A stretch of 46,245 nt of DNA from a virus (Duplodnaviria > Caudoviricetes): the IMG/VR virus record IMGVR_UViG_3300007734_000703, positions 1 to 46,245 of that record. One strand, given 5' to 3'. The stretch's first letter is position 1. Each line of letters opens with the position of its first letter. Below, in pieces: positions 7,297-17,152 of this stretch. A program made the position numbers and the translations under genes. Below the pieces are notes generated by a model. It did not search any database and was not told where the DNA came from. It was given only the letters and a program-made list of their open reading frames with translations.

Positions 7297-8742
7297 TTAT
7301 CCGCGCCACGCTGCGCTAAGGATCATGTAAGCCTCAGTGCCGTTGAACTGCTGGTTCGACGAACCACCCGTGGTCGGCGTCGATTCCAGAGAGGTTATGA
7401 CGTTGATGCCGAGCGCAGGCGGCGCCTGATACGAACATGGCAACGTCGCGGCAACGGTGCTGACGTTGGTTTGCCATGTCCAACGGGCCTGCAATCCGCT
7501 TGCCGCCGTCGTTGAATTGTAGCCGATGCCCAGCAAGAACCCAGCGGCGGACGTTCCGCTTGATACCGATTGCACAAACCCAAGATTGTACTCTTCTTCC
7601 GCAAGCCCCGCGAAAATCGTCAGAGAGTTGGCAGACGATCCATTCGATGCGCGGACAGTGGCGCTGTTGTAATTCCAGCTTGTCGTAGAGTCGCCAGCCT
7701 TAAGAATAATCGGGGCTCGGTTGTACGCATTCCAGATACCGAATTTCCGAGACTGCCCCCACGAGCGATAGCAACTCACTTGACCGTTGGTGCCATCGAC
7801 GAACATAGACCCGACATAGGTTGCCTGGTTGGCGGCAACCGTCGTTGTCGTCGTGCCGTTGCCATAGCGAATGGTCATAGAAGCGGCATTGGTCAGAATA
7901 CCGTTGAGGCGCGATAGAGCAGCGCCGCCCGTGCTGGTGCCTCGCGCGCATGAACCAGCCGTGATCGAACCGGCGGTTCCAGCAGACCATGAAGGCCCGG
8001 TCCCGAGTGTCGCAACGCCGTTCAGGCTGAAAATGTAGAAGTCATAGATATTGCTGGCGACGTGGCTCGACGTAAGCGTGAGCTGCAATTCTGTAACAAT
8101 GCTTGTCGGGATAAAGGAAGTCCCGTTGTAGATCGGGACCAGAACGCCGACGTATGGCGTGTAGTAGACCGTCGTTGCCGCCGTTACGTCGCCTGTGATG
8201 ATCGGCGTTCCGCTGGTTAGCGTGAGATAGCCCTGCGGGGGCGGAATAACTGCGGCTGCCGTGGACGCATTAACCGCCGTCCAGACCGCCGTACTCGTCG
8301 ATCCAGTCGTCGTGCAGACGTAGAGAATGTTATTGGCGTAATCCCAATACGCTGACGCCAGGATCGTGGCCGAACCAGCAGAGCCAGCGACAGAGCCGTT
8401 CGGGCTGCCGTTGCCGGATTTGAATTGCGCCGCCGCGCTGTAGTCGGACGTATAAACCGGGTCTTGCGTCCAGATCGGAGCCGTGGGCGGGTCGGTATCG
8501 TCAGCCGGCGCGAGGATGACCTTGTAGGCAAGGTTCTGGAGAAAGATCGCGTTCGGAAAACGGCCCGCGCTGTCCAGCACAACCGGGTTCGTGTTGGCGT
8601 GCGAGATGTTCAGGTCGGGATCGTTGTAGGTGTCCAGTTTGGTGGACGTGCCCGAGGCATAGAAGAACAGCTTGCCGCCGGGGTACGGGGCGCCCGCCGC
8701 GTCAACCGGCGTTTCGAGCGGAAGGACAAATCGGTTCGGCAT
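7297..8742 (-). CDS. Tail fibre/tailspike with N-terminal head-binding domain
   Basis: DAAGAPYPGGKLFFYASGTST...NTNPVVLDSAGR podovirus anchor motif; Ser/Thr/Gly-rich beta-type body; located after the ejection genes. Confidence 0.8.
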   Translation of the reverse strand: MPNRFVLPLETPVDAAGAPYPGGKLFFYASGTSTKLDTYNDPDLNISHANTNPVVLDSAGRFPNAIFLQNLAYKVILAPADDTDPPTAPIWTQDPVYTSDYSAAAQFKSGNGSPNGSVAGSAGSATILASAYWDYANNILYVCTTTGSTSTAVWTAVNASTAAAVIPPPQGYLTLTSGTPIITGDVTAATTVYYTPYVGVLVPIYNGTSFIPTSIVTELQLTLTSSHVASNIYDFYIFSLNGVATLGTGPSWSAGTAGSITAGSCARGTSTGGAALSRLNGILTNAASMTIRYGNGTTTTTVAANQATYVGSMFVDGTNGQVSCYRSWGQSRKFGIWNAYNRAPIILKAGDSTTSWNYNSATVRASNGSSANSLTIFAGLAEEEYNLGFVQSVSSGTSAAGFLLGIGYNSTTAASGLQARWTWQTNVSTVAATLPCSYQAPPALGINVITSLESTPTTGGSSNQQFNGTEAYMILSAAWRG

Positions 8743-8762
8743 ATCAATGGTTTCCGCGCAAT

Positions 8763-8788
8763 AAAAAAGCCCCGCGAAATGCAGGGTT
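8763..8788 (-). terminator. Intrinsic terminator after the ejection genes
   Basis: AACCCTGC-ATTTC-GCGGGGCT followed by a T run on the minus strand. Confidence 0.65.
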
Positions 8789-8803
8789 GTGGTAGAATTG
8801 TGG

Positions 8804-9037
8804 ATGCGAATTTATTTAGCGGCGGCTATTCTCTGCACCAATTCGCCGTGGTCATTGTGGCTTATCCTCATCGGCGCGGCTTGGTTCTACGCTCGCAGCA
8901 GCGCCCATTATCGGCGCTCCCCTGGAGGCGGCGACCTTTTCAACGAGGCCGTCCGTGATGTTTCTCATGCTGGACATAAGTTTGAAATTCCGAGCAACGG
9001 CCCGAACGCCCTGCATGACTTGTTCCGGGTCAGATGA
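8804..9037 (+). CDS. Candidate antisense membrane protein (77 aa)
   Basis: TG-n-TAGAAT at 8790-8798, 5 nt before the ATG; hydrophobic N-terminus MRIYLAAAILCTNSPWSLWLILIGAAWFY. Confidence 0.4.
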   Translation: MRIYLAAAILCTNSPWSLWLILIGAAWFYARSSAHYRRSPGGGDLFNEAVRDVSHAGHKFEIPSNGPNALHDLFRVR

Positions 9038-11134
9038 TGTCAGCTTCTCCGCAACTCTTCGGGCTACCGTCTGATCGAAATATTTCATTCCTGGTCGAAT
9101 AAGAAGGGACGAGAAAATAGCACTTGGCGTTTTGAAGTCGTCCATCGCATAGCCAGCCCCGCCAGCAACGCCGCCAGCCGCCCCAAGCTCCACGAGCTTT
9201 CGCGTCGTGTCTGATCCGCCAAGCGTCCGACGCAGTTTATCCATCACGGCTTCTGTCTTGAGGAACGTCTCAAGCTGAGCTGCCTTGTCTGTCCCTAGCG
9301 CAGCCACAATCTTGCGCTTCGATTCTGGCGACTCCACAAAGGCTCTGTTTACAACGTCAACGGACGGGCCAAGGCTGCGGAATTTCCTGGCAAGTTCGTC
9401 TGAGAAACCATACGCGAACAACTCTCGCTCTTGTCGCGTGACCTTGCTACTGTTCAGTAGTTTTTGCGCCTCGTAGACATCAGAGTTGGAGCCGATAAAC
9501 TTTTTGCCGGCTTCTAGCATATTGTCCGCGTCAAAGAACTTTGCGGCGCCGGCACGCGCGTCCTTCAGTTCTGGCGCAAGACTGTCCAAATGATTCTTGA
9601 GGGCGCCGACGACTTCCTTAAGATCACCAGCCTCTGCTGTTCGGCCCTTCCGGTAAAGCTCACTTACGGTATCGCGGGAATACTTATAGACCTGTTCCCA
9701 AAACTGAGAACTCGGCTTCATTTCTGGATTGGTCAGCCTTGCTTCACCATCCACGAACTTGATCGGCGGCTCCTTAAGTGGTGCAATTCCTTCCTTGGCG
9801 AAGTTTCCTTTGACGCCTCGCAATACCTTAGTGGCAGCGTCCTGCACGTCAGGATGTTGCAGGAATTGCTTAAACCCTTCGTCCCACATTCCGCCAGGAT
9901 GTCGCATTGCAGCGGCTTGATGCGCCGCCTTATAAGCTTCCCCGTTCGTGGCAGCCGCGACCCGCTCGACGGTATCCTGTAAACGAGTGGTGCTGAGATC
10001 ACCGCCATAAAGGTTCTGCACAAAATTGGATGCGCGCTCGTTCTGTGTACGAAAACGCGCATTCGCAATGGACTCAGTTAGGCCCCTTGCTTCAGGGGAT
10101 ACGTTGCCGGATACGCGCAGCAGCGATCTGCTATTGTCCCCAAGCAAATCGGAGTTGACAACTCCCTGACCATTAAGAGCCGCAGCGCGTTGCTCTTGTG
10201 GCGTTAATGCAATCCCGCCGTTATTGAAGTCCGCGATGGCGCTGTTACCAACCCGGCGATTTGCCTCGCCCTCAACATCCATCCAGCCGCGAGCCGTTCT
10301 GACGGGATTGCCGAGAAGATGCCCGCCAATCTTGAAGGGGGCCTTGGCCGCCTCAATAGCTCCGGGGGCAAGCAATCCAACAGCGCCACCAACGCCAGCA
10401 CCCACGCCAGCGCCAACCGCACGCCCGGTCGCGCCTTCGCCCTCGCCAGCCCCAGCCAGAGCGCCATAGGTCGCGCCAACCTTTGCGCCGTGGATGGACC
10501 GCGCCTTGAATGCCGCAAGAGCTTCACCGAGCCTGCCAGCCCCGCGCGCCGCTGCCTCGGCCACGGCTTCTGCCGTCTTTGCCTTTCCAAATGGCAACGG
10601 AGTCGCCACCCCACCGACCAAATCACCAGTCAAGGACGCACCGGGATTTTGTTCCGCGTCGATCTTTAACAGTTCGTTGCGGCGATTTTTTTCTTCAGTA
10701 TAGGCGTCCGTTGCGCTGGTCCCGGAATGGATGCCAAGATAGGGGGCCGTTGCCTCATAGCCCATGCGCCCAAGCCCAAGCAAAACGGCGGGGGCCGAAC
10801 CGATTTCGGCGTCAGTTTTCGGCGGGAACCCCCCAGCCGCAGCGGCGCCGCGCAATTCATCGCTAAAGTTGGCCGTTGCGCCGTGCCCAAGATGGCGGAA
10901 GAAAGACGCCGACGAATCGACGGAGGAGGCGTCTTTGTCGAACTTTATGCGCGCCACGGAATTAACGGTGCGTTTGGCGGCGCGCTCGGCCGGCTCTGGC
11001 GAATATCCGTCAAGTGTATCCAAGGCAGACGCGGAATGGCCGGGTCTGATGGGACGAACCACAATCTCAGGGCGCGATGGCGCGGCTTCTTGCTGACCAT
11101 CCAACGCCCCCAAAGTCTCCGCAGCCATCCCCAT
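8852..11134 (-). CDS. DNA ejection/internal virion protein (P22 gp16-like position)
   Basis: 760 aa, Ala/Gly-rich helical, GATANFSDEL and GAGVGAGVGG motifs; third of three consecutive genes. Confidence 0.7.
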   Translation of the reverse strand: MGMAAETLGALDGQQEAAPSRPEIVVRPIRPGHSASALDTLDGYSPEPAERAAKRTVNSVARIKFDKDASSVDSSASFFRHLGHGATANFSDELRGAAAAGGFPPKTDAEIGSAPAVLLGLGRMGYEATAPYLGIHSGTSATDAYTEEKNRRNELLKIDAEQNPGASLTGDLVGGVATPLPFGKAKTAEAVAEAAARGAGRLGEALAAFKARSIHGAKVGATYGALAGAGEGEGATGRAVGAGVGAGVGGAVGLLAPGAIEAAKAPFKIGGHLLGNPVRTARGWMDVEGEANRRVGNSAIADFNNGGIALTPQEQRAAALNGQGVVNSDLLGDNSRSLLRVSGNVSPEARGLTESIANARFRTQNERASNFVQNLYGGDLSTTRLQDTVERVAAATNGEAYKAAHQAAAMRHPGGMWDEGFKQFLQHPDVQDAATKVLRGVKGNFAKEGIAPLKEPPIKFVDGEARLTNPEMKPSSQFWEQVYKYSRDTVSELYRKGRTAEAGDLKEVVGALKNHLDSLAPELKDARAGAAKFFDADNMLEAGKKFIGSNSDVYEAQKLLNSSKVTRQERELFAYGFSDELARKFRSLGPSVDVVNRAFVESPESKRKIVAALGTDKAAQLETFLKTEAVMDKLRRTLGGSDTTRKLVELGAAGGVAGGAGYAMDDFKTPSAIFSSLLIRPGMKYFDQTVARRVAEKLTSSDPEQVMQGVRAVARNFKLMSSMRNITDGLVEKVAASRGAPIMGAAASVEPSRADEDKPQ

Positions 11135-11136
11135 CT

Positions 11137-12582
11137 CTATAAGCCCTCGTCAAGTCCATGTTGGTTAATCCATTCGATCTGTGTCCGCAAAGACTCAAGC
11201 GCCTTCTTTCCGGCCGTAGTTTTTCCCATTCGTTCCTTAAGCCCCGTCTGTTCATCTTTTGGCAGGCGCATAAATAAGAACGCGCCGGGGCCTACGTTCT
11301 TGTTCCACTCAGCGGCAAACCCATCGAGCGTTTTGTGGTGTTCTCGGTAAATGGTGGCCGCCTGAAAGCGGGATTGCTTGTAATCCTCCGGAGCCATCAT
11401 TTGTGAGGTAACAAGCTTAAGGCCCTTCTCGCTCATTTCGGCATTCGGCAATTGCTCTTGGATCATCCGATACTCAACTGCGGCCTTGCCCTGCACATCT
11501 TTGAGGGTTGCCCGCGTGAGCTGGCCTGCGTTTTTCTGCACCGCTTCAAATGCCGCTATTGGATCGGTATAGTCCTTAGCGATTTTTTCAATCCCTGGGA
11601 TGGTCTGCCCTGCGGCCTGTAGCCACTGCTTAAGAAAACCAGCGATGTTTGCGCCCTTGCCGGTCGGCAACCGCGAAGCGTCATCAATCAAATTATGCAG
11701 GAGATATTTAATTCCAGATGCGTTGCCGGCTTCCGTTTTGTACGTCTCAAGCTCTTTTGCCAAATCTCCTGCAACGGCTTCCTGCTCTTTAACCTGGCCA
11801 GGAGTCATCCGGGCTGGAATAAACCCAACGGAACCGAGCTTGACCTTAGGCATTATAGTAGTCGGCATTCCACCGTTTTGCCCCGCGCTGCCGTTCCGGC
11901 CAAGAACACCGAACCTAGTTTGCACATCCTCCGTATTCGGGATGGAGTGCGGCTGTGTCGCGTCTGCCGGCGAAAGACCGGCGGCAATGTGCGGGGTTAC
12001 AAGTTTAAGCCGCTCATTCGGGTCTGAAATAGCATACGCCCGATTTCGTGCCGCCTCTTTCTGGAGATCGCTTCCCGGCATTAATTTTACACCGGCATCA
12101 ACGGCCCCATGCCACACGTCATCATTCTTTGGGTCTACAGCGACGGCTTGTGCATGTTGAGCACGAAGTTCAACGTACTTCCTTTCAACGTCAGCTTTAG
12201 CGCCCTGTGTTTCAACGCCAATCTTGCCGGTTTCAGCAACGTTCTTGCCGGCGGATGTTAGATGGCTGAAGCTTTCGGGGGAAACGCGACCTGGAGTAAC
12301 GTTATATGCGCGTTCCCGCTCTGCCATCGTTTGCAATGTGTTTCCGACAGACGGATCGAGGCCCTTCTGAATGGCCCCCGTATAGTCGGTCGGGTTGCCC
12401 TTCAGATAGTCGAAGCCCTGAAGCTTGCGCGCCTCTTGCTGAGCCTGAAGGCCGTACAAACCAGCGTGGGCCTTGGCCAAGTCAATCTGGGCAATCGCGC
12501 TCAGCGTCTTGGTCAGGTCAAGCGGCTGGGCTGGCTGGCCCGCACTGACGGTAGCAGCGAGTGAATTATTGATCTCAGCCAT
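11137..12582 (-). CDS. DNA ejection protein (gp20-like position)
   Basis: 481-aa helical protein with QPAQPLD N-terminus; synteny. Confidence 0.65.
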   Translation of the reverse strand: MAEINNSLAATVSAGQPAQPLDLTKTLSAIAQIDLAKAHAGLYGLQAQQEARKLQGFDYLKGNPTDYTGAIQKGLDPSVGNTLQTMAERERAYNVTPGRVSPESFSHLTSAGKNVAETGKIGVETQGAKADVERKYVELRAQHAQAVAVDPKNDDVWHGAVDAGVKLMPGSDLQKEAARNRAYAISDPNERLKLVTPHIAAGLSPADATQPHSIPNTEDVQTRFGVLGRNGSAGQNGGMPTTIMPKVKLGSVGFIPARMTPGQVKEQEAVAGDLAKELETYKTEAGNASGIKYLLHNLIDDASRLPTGKGANIAGFLKQWLQAAGQTIPGIEKIAKDYTDPIAAFEAVQKNAGQLTRATLKDVQGKAAVEYRMIQEQLPNAEMSEKGLKLVTSQMMAPEDYKQSRFQAATIYREHHKTLDGFAAEWNKNVGPGAFLFMRLPKDEQTGLKERMGKTTAGKKALESLRTQIEWINQHGLDEGL

Positions 12583-13418
12583 TAGTAAATCGCTCCAAGC
12601 GATCCGCCAGTTCCGCCAATGTTCCCCGGATTCAATCCTAACGGCTGCTGACCGGATGGGGCATATGAACTGCGGTTAATCGCGTTATAGATCAGCGAGT
12701 TTCCGACCGCTCCATTCACGGCATTAGATGCCCCGGTCAATCCGCCAGAATAAGCATTCGCCTGACCGACAATACCGGAGGCCGTCGCCTGTCCCTGCCC
12801 CTGGATTGAATTAGACATTTGCCCGGAAAAGTTCGCGGCGTTGTTGGCCTGACCGCTCGTCAATGACGCAAGGTTGCTTCCATAATTGTTCGCTGAGTTT
12901 TGGCCGATCTGGGACAGTGACAGAAGCCGGTTGTAATAGTTTCCGAACTGTTGACTAGCCAAACCCTGATTGAACTGCATGGCGTCCTTGAGTGCGCCGC
13001 CAGACAGATTCAGGCCCTTGGCATTGTTCGCGCGCTCCAGCGCAAGATTGCCCTGCTGCGAAGCGAATTGAAAATCAGGCGAGTTGGTAAACTGGCTGAA
13101 GTCCTGCGGATGCCCGGTCGATCCGTCCTGGCCGATGCCGTATAGGCTCCCCAGCGTGTAGGTCGCGCCTTTTCCAACATCCAAATATGGCTTGTATGTA
13201 TCCCCAATGGTGGTCTTTGCGCCCTCGTAGTTCTGCTGCGACTTGTCAAACATCTCGCGTTGCAGGGCCAACGAGTTCGCCGCCGCATTGGCCTGAACGC
13301 TGGAGGCGTGGCCGGCAGCGTTCGCGCCAATTGCCGCAGAGCCAAGCGCAGCCGCGCCGCCTAGCGCGCCAGCGCCAAGGATCGCGCCCCCGACAGTGAT
13401 TGATCCAACGAATGCCAT
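12582..13418 (-). CDS. DNA transfer/pilot protein (gp7-like)
   Basis: Gly/Ala-rich N-terminus, PY..G, F..SPDFQF..QG..A, SGGALK, QGLASQ.F..Y.NRL motifs. Confidence 0.8.
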   Translation of the reverse strand: MAFVGSITVGGAILGAGALGGAAALGSAAIGANAAGHASSVQANAAANSLALQREMFDKSQQNYEGAKTTIGDTYKPYLDVGKGATYTLGSLYGIGQDGSTGHPQDFSQFTNSPDFQFASQQGNLALERANNAKGLNLSGGALKDAMQFNQGLASQQFGNYYNRLLSLSQIGQNSANNYGSNLASLTSGQANNAANFSGQMSNSIQGQGQATASGIVGQANAYSGGLTGASNAVNGAVGNSLIYNAINRSSYAPSGQQPLGLNPGNIGGTGGSLGAIY

Positions 13419-13856
13419 TTAATCGCGCCCTATCAATTTCTGCTGCTCGACAAAATCGAGGTATTCCTGCTCGCTGCCAGCAGTAAAAAACTGCTCGATC
13501 ACGTCAGGGTCGGTTTCGTCGGTTGATAAAATCGTCGTCCAAACGCAATCGGTGAAAGCGTAGGCAACGCGCTTTGTCCCTGGAGGCGACACAACCGTGA
13601 ACGGCGCGGAAACCCGCTTCATGCCATCCTCGGTCAACACAGCCATCTCTCCGGCTGAAAGAATGTTCAGGTTCTCGTATTTATGAATTCGCCCGGTGAG
13701 GATCGCACCAGCGGGGATGTGAAGTTCCCTCGCGTAGATTCCCGGCGAGAAATGATGCTTCACAACCGGGTCAAGCTGCGGATGCTTCAATATCTCCGCT
13801 TCGATGATGTTGACCTTATCCCGAACTGAGATCGGTTCGGCTTTGACCAAGTTCAT
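13419..13856 (-). CDS. Cupin-like phage protein
   Basis: HHFSPGIYARELHIPAG..LTGRIHK, SPPGTKR, DCVWTTI. Confidence 0.7.
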   Translation of the reverse strand: MNLVKAEPISVRDKVNIIEAEILKHPQLDPVVKHHFSPGIYARELHIPAGAILTGRIHKYENLNILSAGEMAVLTEDGMKRVSAPFTVVSPPGTKRVAYAFTDCVWTTILSTDETDPDVIEQFFTAGSEQEYLDFVEQQKLIGRD

Positions 13857-14296
13857 CGCAGAACGAACCCGCCGGCAGCACTGTCGAGCGAGTCCACATA
13901 GGTCAGGAAATATTGCCGATCTTGAGTGATGTCGCTTGCGCCAGCCCGCGTGCCGCCATTGTCTTTGTACACCTTCAAAGTGGCCAGCGTGCCTTCGTCC
14001 GTAATGACCTTAGCGCTAACGTTTCCGCTCGTCGTTGCATCGGCCACAAATCCATAAGTCTCATAAGAGACGTACTTATCGACCTGCGGCTGAACCGAAA
14101 GGAGCGTCAACGTGATCGTGTTACTCGTCGTGGACGCATTGCACGGAATCATCCGGTTCATGTTGACGACGTATCCGCGCAACTGTTGAAGCGCGAGGCG
14201 GCCCGTGCCTGTCAGGTTTCCGTTATCGTCAACGAACTGAATGCCCGGATTAGGCGTAACAATCGGCGTTGCTTCTGCGGCGGCTGGTATCGTCAC
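13853..14296 (-). CDS. Tail-associated hypothetical protein (gp26 position)
   Basis: GTGA/ATGA coupling; lies just after the gp10-like gene. Confidence 0.65.
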   Translation of the reverse strand: MTIPAAAEATPIVTPNPGIQFVDDNGNLTGTGRLALQQLRGYVVNMNRMIPCNASTTSNTITLTLLSVQPQVDKYVSYETYGFVADATTSGNVSAKVITDEGTLATLKVYKDNGGTRAGASDITQDRQYFLTYVDSLDSAAGGFVLR

Positions 14297-15699
14297 ATGC
14301 CCTCCGACAAGTCTGCATGGGCAGCGATGATCGTTCGACGCACAGGATCGCTGATCGTGACCCGCAGAACCCGGTTACGAAATTGACCAAGCCGGCGCCA
14401 GAACACGCGCGTCAGGTACTCGCCGATCTTGCCCATGCCGTGCCAGAGCTGCGGCGATTTGAATGTCCTGCCGCCATCGTCGGACCAGTCGAGCATGACC
14501 TGGGGGTTTGCCCCCTGTCCGGTCGTTGTCCCGACGCCCTGCTCCAAGTCCAACTCGAATCGAGACATGAAGATGCGCTTGCGGTCGTTGTTGATTATGG
14601 GCGTAATCATCAACCCCTGAATGGTGTTTCCAAACTCGGTATAGATCGCGTCGTTGACGTAGCCGATCTGACCCGAATAGGCGTCACCCACCAAAATCTT
14701 GTTGTAGACGTTGACCGCGCACACCCCACGCCAGCGGCCATACGAGTTGTAGTTGATGTCCCAGGACTCGCGCTCGTGCCACAGGCCCGTGGAAATATCG
14801 TAGACCCAAGTGGCATTCGCAGTCGGGAACGTGACGACGATGAACTTGTGGCCATCGAACGTGTACGAGAATGTAAAGCAATCCGAGACAAACGTGTAAT
14901 TCTGCCAGGCATCTTCAATCGCGTGAGTACTGACACGGCGCGGGATCGTTCCATCTAGGCGATAGAACACCCGATCATCCCCGAGGAAGAATACCGAATT
15001 GTCCTCCTTCACCGGGGACATAGCCGCAGCGCAGCCGCGCTCAACCGTGCCGCCGTCAATCCGCTGAAACGGGAAATTGACGGTTCCTGCGTCGTACCAA
15101 GTCTCAATCGTCGTCTGGCCGAAGATCAGCAGATTTTCCTGCTGATTGACGATTGCGACAACATAGTCTGGCGAAACCTCTGCGGACGCGAAATCCGTCC
15201 CGCTATAAGTCAGCCCGTCGAGCGATGCTGAGATAAAGAACTTGTTCGTGCCGTCCCACGCCATCACGAAATAATTGTCGAAGAACGTCCCCGACGACGA
15301 GGCGTGGAAATTGCTGCTGGTAATGATTTGGAACCCACCGGCCACGGTATAGATGTATCCGAAAGTCCCATTCAGAATCAGAAGCTGCGTGCCATTGTCG
15401 GTCATGCTGACCGTACCGGCCCCACTCACCGAGCCGCCAAGGACTGTTGAAACTCCCGCACTCGACACGCTGTAGAGCAACTGGCCGGATACGACGTAAA
15501 GAACGCCGCCCATGACATGCGCGCCCCGGATCGGACCTGTCCCGCACGTCGCAAATAGGGACAGACCCGGCACACCAAACACAGCAACTTGCGTCTTGGC
15601 GTCCGGCGGCTCCCGCTCTGCATAAACATTGACGGCGCGTTCGGACGACAGAGGCAGAGACTTGGAGCGATATGAATTTGTTGCAAATTGAATAATCAT
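14293..15699 (-). CDS. Packaged-DNA stabilization / tail hub protein (P22 gp10-like)
   Basis: SMTDNGTQL, FASAEVSPD, TIETWYDAG, STHAIE, WHER, WSDDGGRTF, WRRLG, ISDPV motifs. Confidence 0.88.
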   Translation of the reverse strand: MIIQFATNSYRSKSLPLSSERAVNVYAEREPPDAKTQVAVFGVPGLSLFATCGTGPIRGAHVMGGVLYVVSGQLLYSVSSAGVSTVLGGSVSGAGTVSMTDNGTQLLILNGTFGYIYTVAGGFQIITSSNFHASSSGTFFDNYFVMAWDGTNKFFISASLDGLTYSGTDFASAEVSPDYVVAIVNQQENLLIFGQTTIETWYDAGTVNFPFQRIDGGTVERGCAAAMSPVKEDNSVFFLGDDRVFYRLDGTIPRRVSTHAIEDAWQNYTFVSDCFTFSYTFDGHKFIVVTFPTANATWVYDISTGLWHERESWDINYNSYGRWRGVCAVNVYNKILVGDAYSGQIGYVNDAIYTEFGNTIQGLMITPIINNDRKRIFMSRFELDLEQGVGTTTGQGANPQVMLDWSDDGGRTFKSPQLWHGMGKIGEYLTRVFWRRLGQFRNRVLRVTISDPVRRTIIAAHADLSEGM

Positions 15700-16193
15700 C
15701 CGCGCAACCTCGTCTGACCATTCGCCAAGCGATAAGCCCAACAAAGGTGGTGACCAAACTGGTTAGCCACTTCTTTTTTGGGAATACCGCGATCAAGAAG
15801 CTCGCGCGCAGACTGCACTTCGCTTGCAGTGGCCTTAGCCTTGGCGTTTCGCTCGCCAAAAACTGGAATGCGACCCAAACACTCGAATGAATGCTTTACA
15901 TTTTGAGACTTGGTCAAATACTCCAAGTTCTCAGGACGGTTACAGGAGCGGACGCCGTTCTTATGATTAACTTCGGTGAAGTCAGGTTGCGGGCCAATGA
16001 AAGCCCATGCCACCAATCTGTGGACACCAATCGTTTTTGCGCGGCCTTCCTTGCAAAGACCTACGGCAAAATACCCGCAGGTCTCTTGTTTTTTCAGTAA
16101 ACGATTTTTACCGACTCTCTTGACGTTCCCAAGATTAGAGACCTCATACAAACCAACATAGTTTGGGATCGGAAGCCATTTTTCTGTAATCAC
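15696..16193 (-). mobile_element. NUMOD4-HNH homing endonuclease (free-standing)
   Basis: EKWLPIPNYVGLYEVSNLGNV (NUMOD4), VHRLVAWAF, VNHKNG...N...NLE..T...N..H; visibly more AT-rich than its flanks. Confidence 0.9.
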
Positions 16194-17152
16194 GGACCAG
16201 TCTGATCCGTGTTATAGCCGAACAGATACGACTCTGGCTCACGATCCCAACCGGCAACCAAATCCATCGCGGCGCCGGCCTGCTCTTTCAGCATAGCGTA
16301 TCGAGTTGGCGGGCAGTCGTATTCCGGCGCCATCTTGTAGGCGAGCGCCCAGACCAGAGCGTCCAGCCACTCTTGCGGCAAGTCTGGCGTGTTGGCAGCC
16401 GTGGTGAATTGCTCGATCTGCCGCCACCATGTGAACTTGATAGCGGAATAGACATTCACCGGGGCGGGCCAGATGTACATGATGCCCTGGGTGTTCGCGC
16501 CGCCCCTCGGATCGTAGAAAACCTGCGTCGGAACGCCCTGGTTCGTCTTGTTCGGCAGGTTGCGGTAGTCGATACGAGCGATAATCTGCATCGGCGTGTC
16601 GATAGCGCCCTCAAAGGCATATCGACGGGTCGATACAACGCGGAGCGGGCGGGTAATCCCGGTCTGATAGACGAACACCGCCGTCCCGTTCGCCGCATCG
16701 TCCGTCAGCGCAGCATCCAACGTGATAACTGAGCCTGACGCAGCGCCGTTCTGCGTCGTCCAGAAAATATCGCCGTTGTCGAGAATGATACCTACGTTGT
16801 AGCCGTAACCGAATCCGTCCGTGTCCTCAACTGTGATCGAGGTATCACCAGACGACGCAGCAGCCGCCAACGTGGAAGCCGTGTAGCTTTCCGTCGCGTG
16901 ATCGGTCGTGGTGCCGCCGAGCGTGTAAGCAATCTGTCCCGGTTGCAGGAACAGCGTTGCTTCGGTTTCCGTCCAGATGTGCAGGCCCGTGGCGTTCAGG
17001 GCCTTCACAATCATATTGAGTTGCTGCGTTGCGTCTTGAACAGTCTGTTGGTCCGGCGTCTCGCCAGCCGAAATCGCGCCGATCTTCCGCAGGGAAGCCC
17101 GCACGATCTCGTTCGTATTCATCGTGAACGAAATTTCGCCGGATGTGGTCAT
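16190..17152 (-). CDS. Head-tail adaptor (gp4/tail tubular A-like) with inserted beta domain
   Basis: MTTSG...IVRASLRKIG, LPNK..QG.P, WPAP, DLPQEW..ALVW.LA..MAPEY. Confidence 0.78.
   Translation of the reverse strand: MTTSGEISFTMNTNEIVRASLRKIGAISAGETPDQQTVQDATQQLNMIVKALNATGLHIWTETEATLFLQPGQIAYTLGGTTTDHATESYTASTLAAAASSGDTSITVEDTDGFGYGYNVGIILDNGDIFWTTQNGAASGSVITLDAALTDDAANGTAVFVYQTGITRPLRVVSTRRYAFEGAIDTPMQIIARIDYRNLPNKTNQGVPTQVFYDPRGGANTQGIMYIWPAPVNVYSAIKFTWWRQIEQFTTAANTPDLPQEWLDALVWALAYKMAPEYDCPPTRYAMLKEQAGAAMDLVAGWDREPESYLFGYNTDQTGP

Noticed and set aside
7297-8742. Diversity-generating retroelement or invertible tail-fibre cassette
   Set aside because: No reverse transcriptase, invertase or second copy of the C-terminal region was seen.
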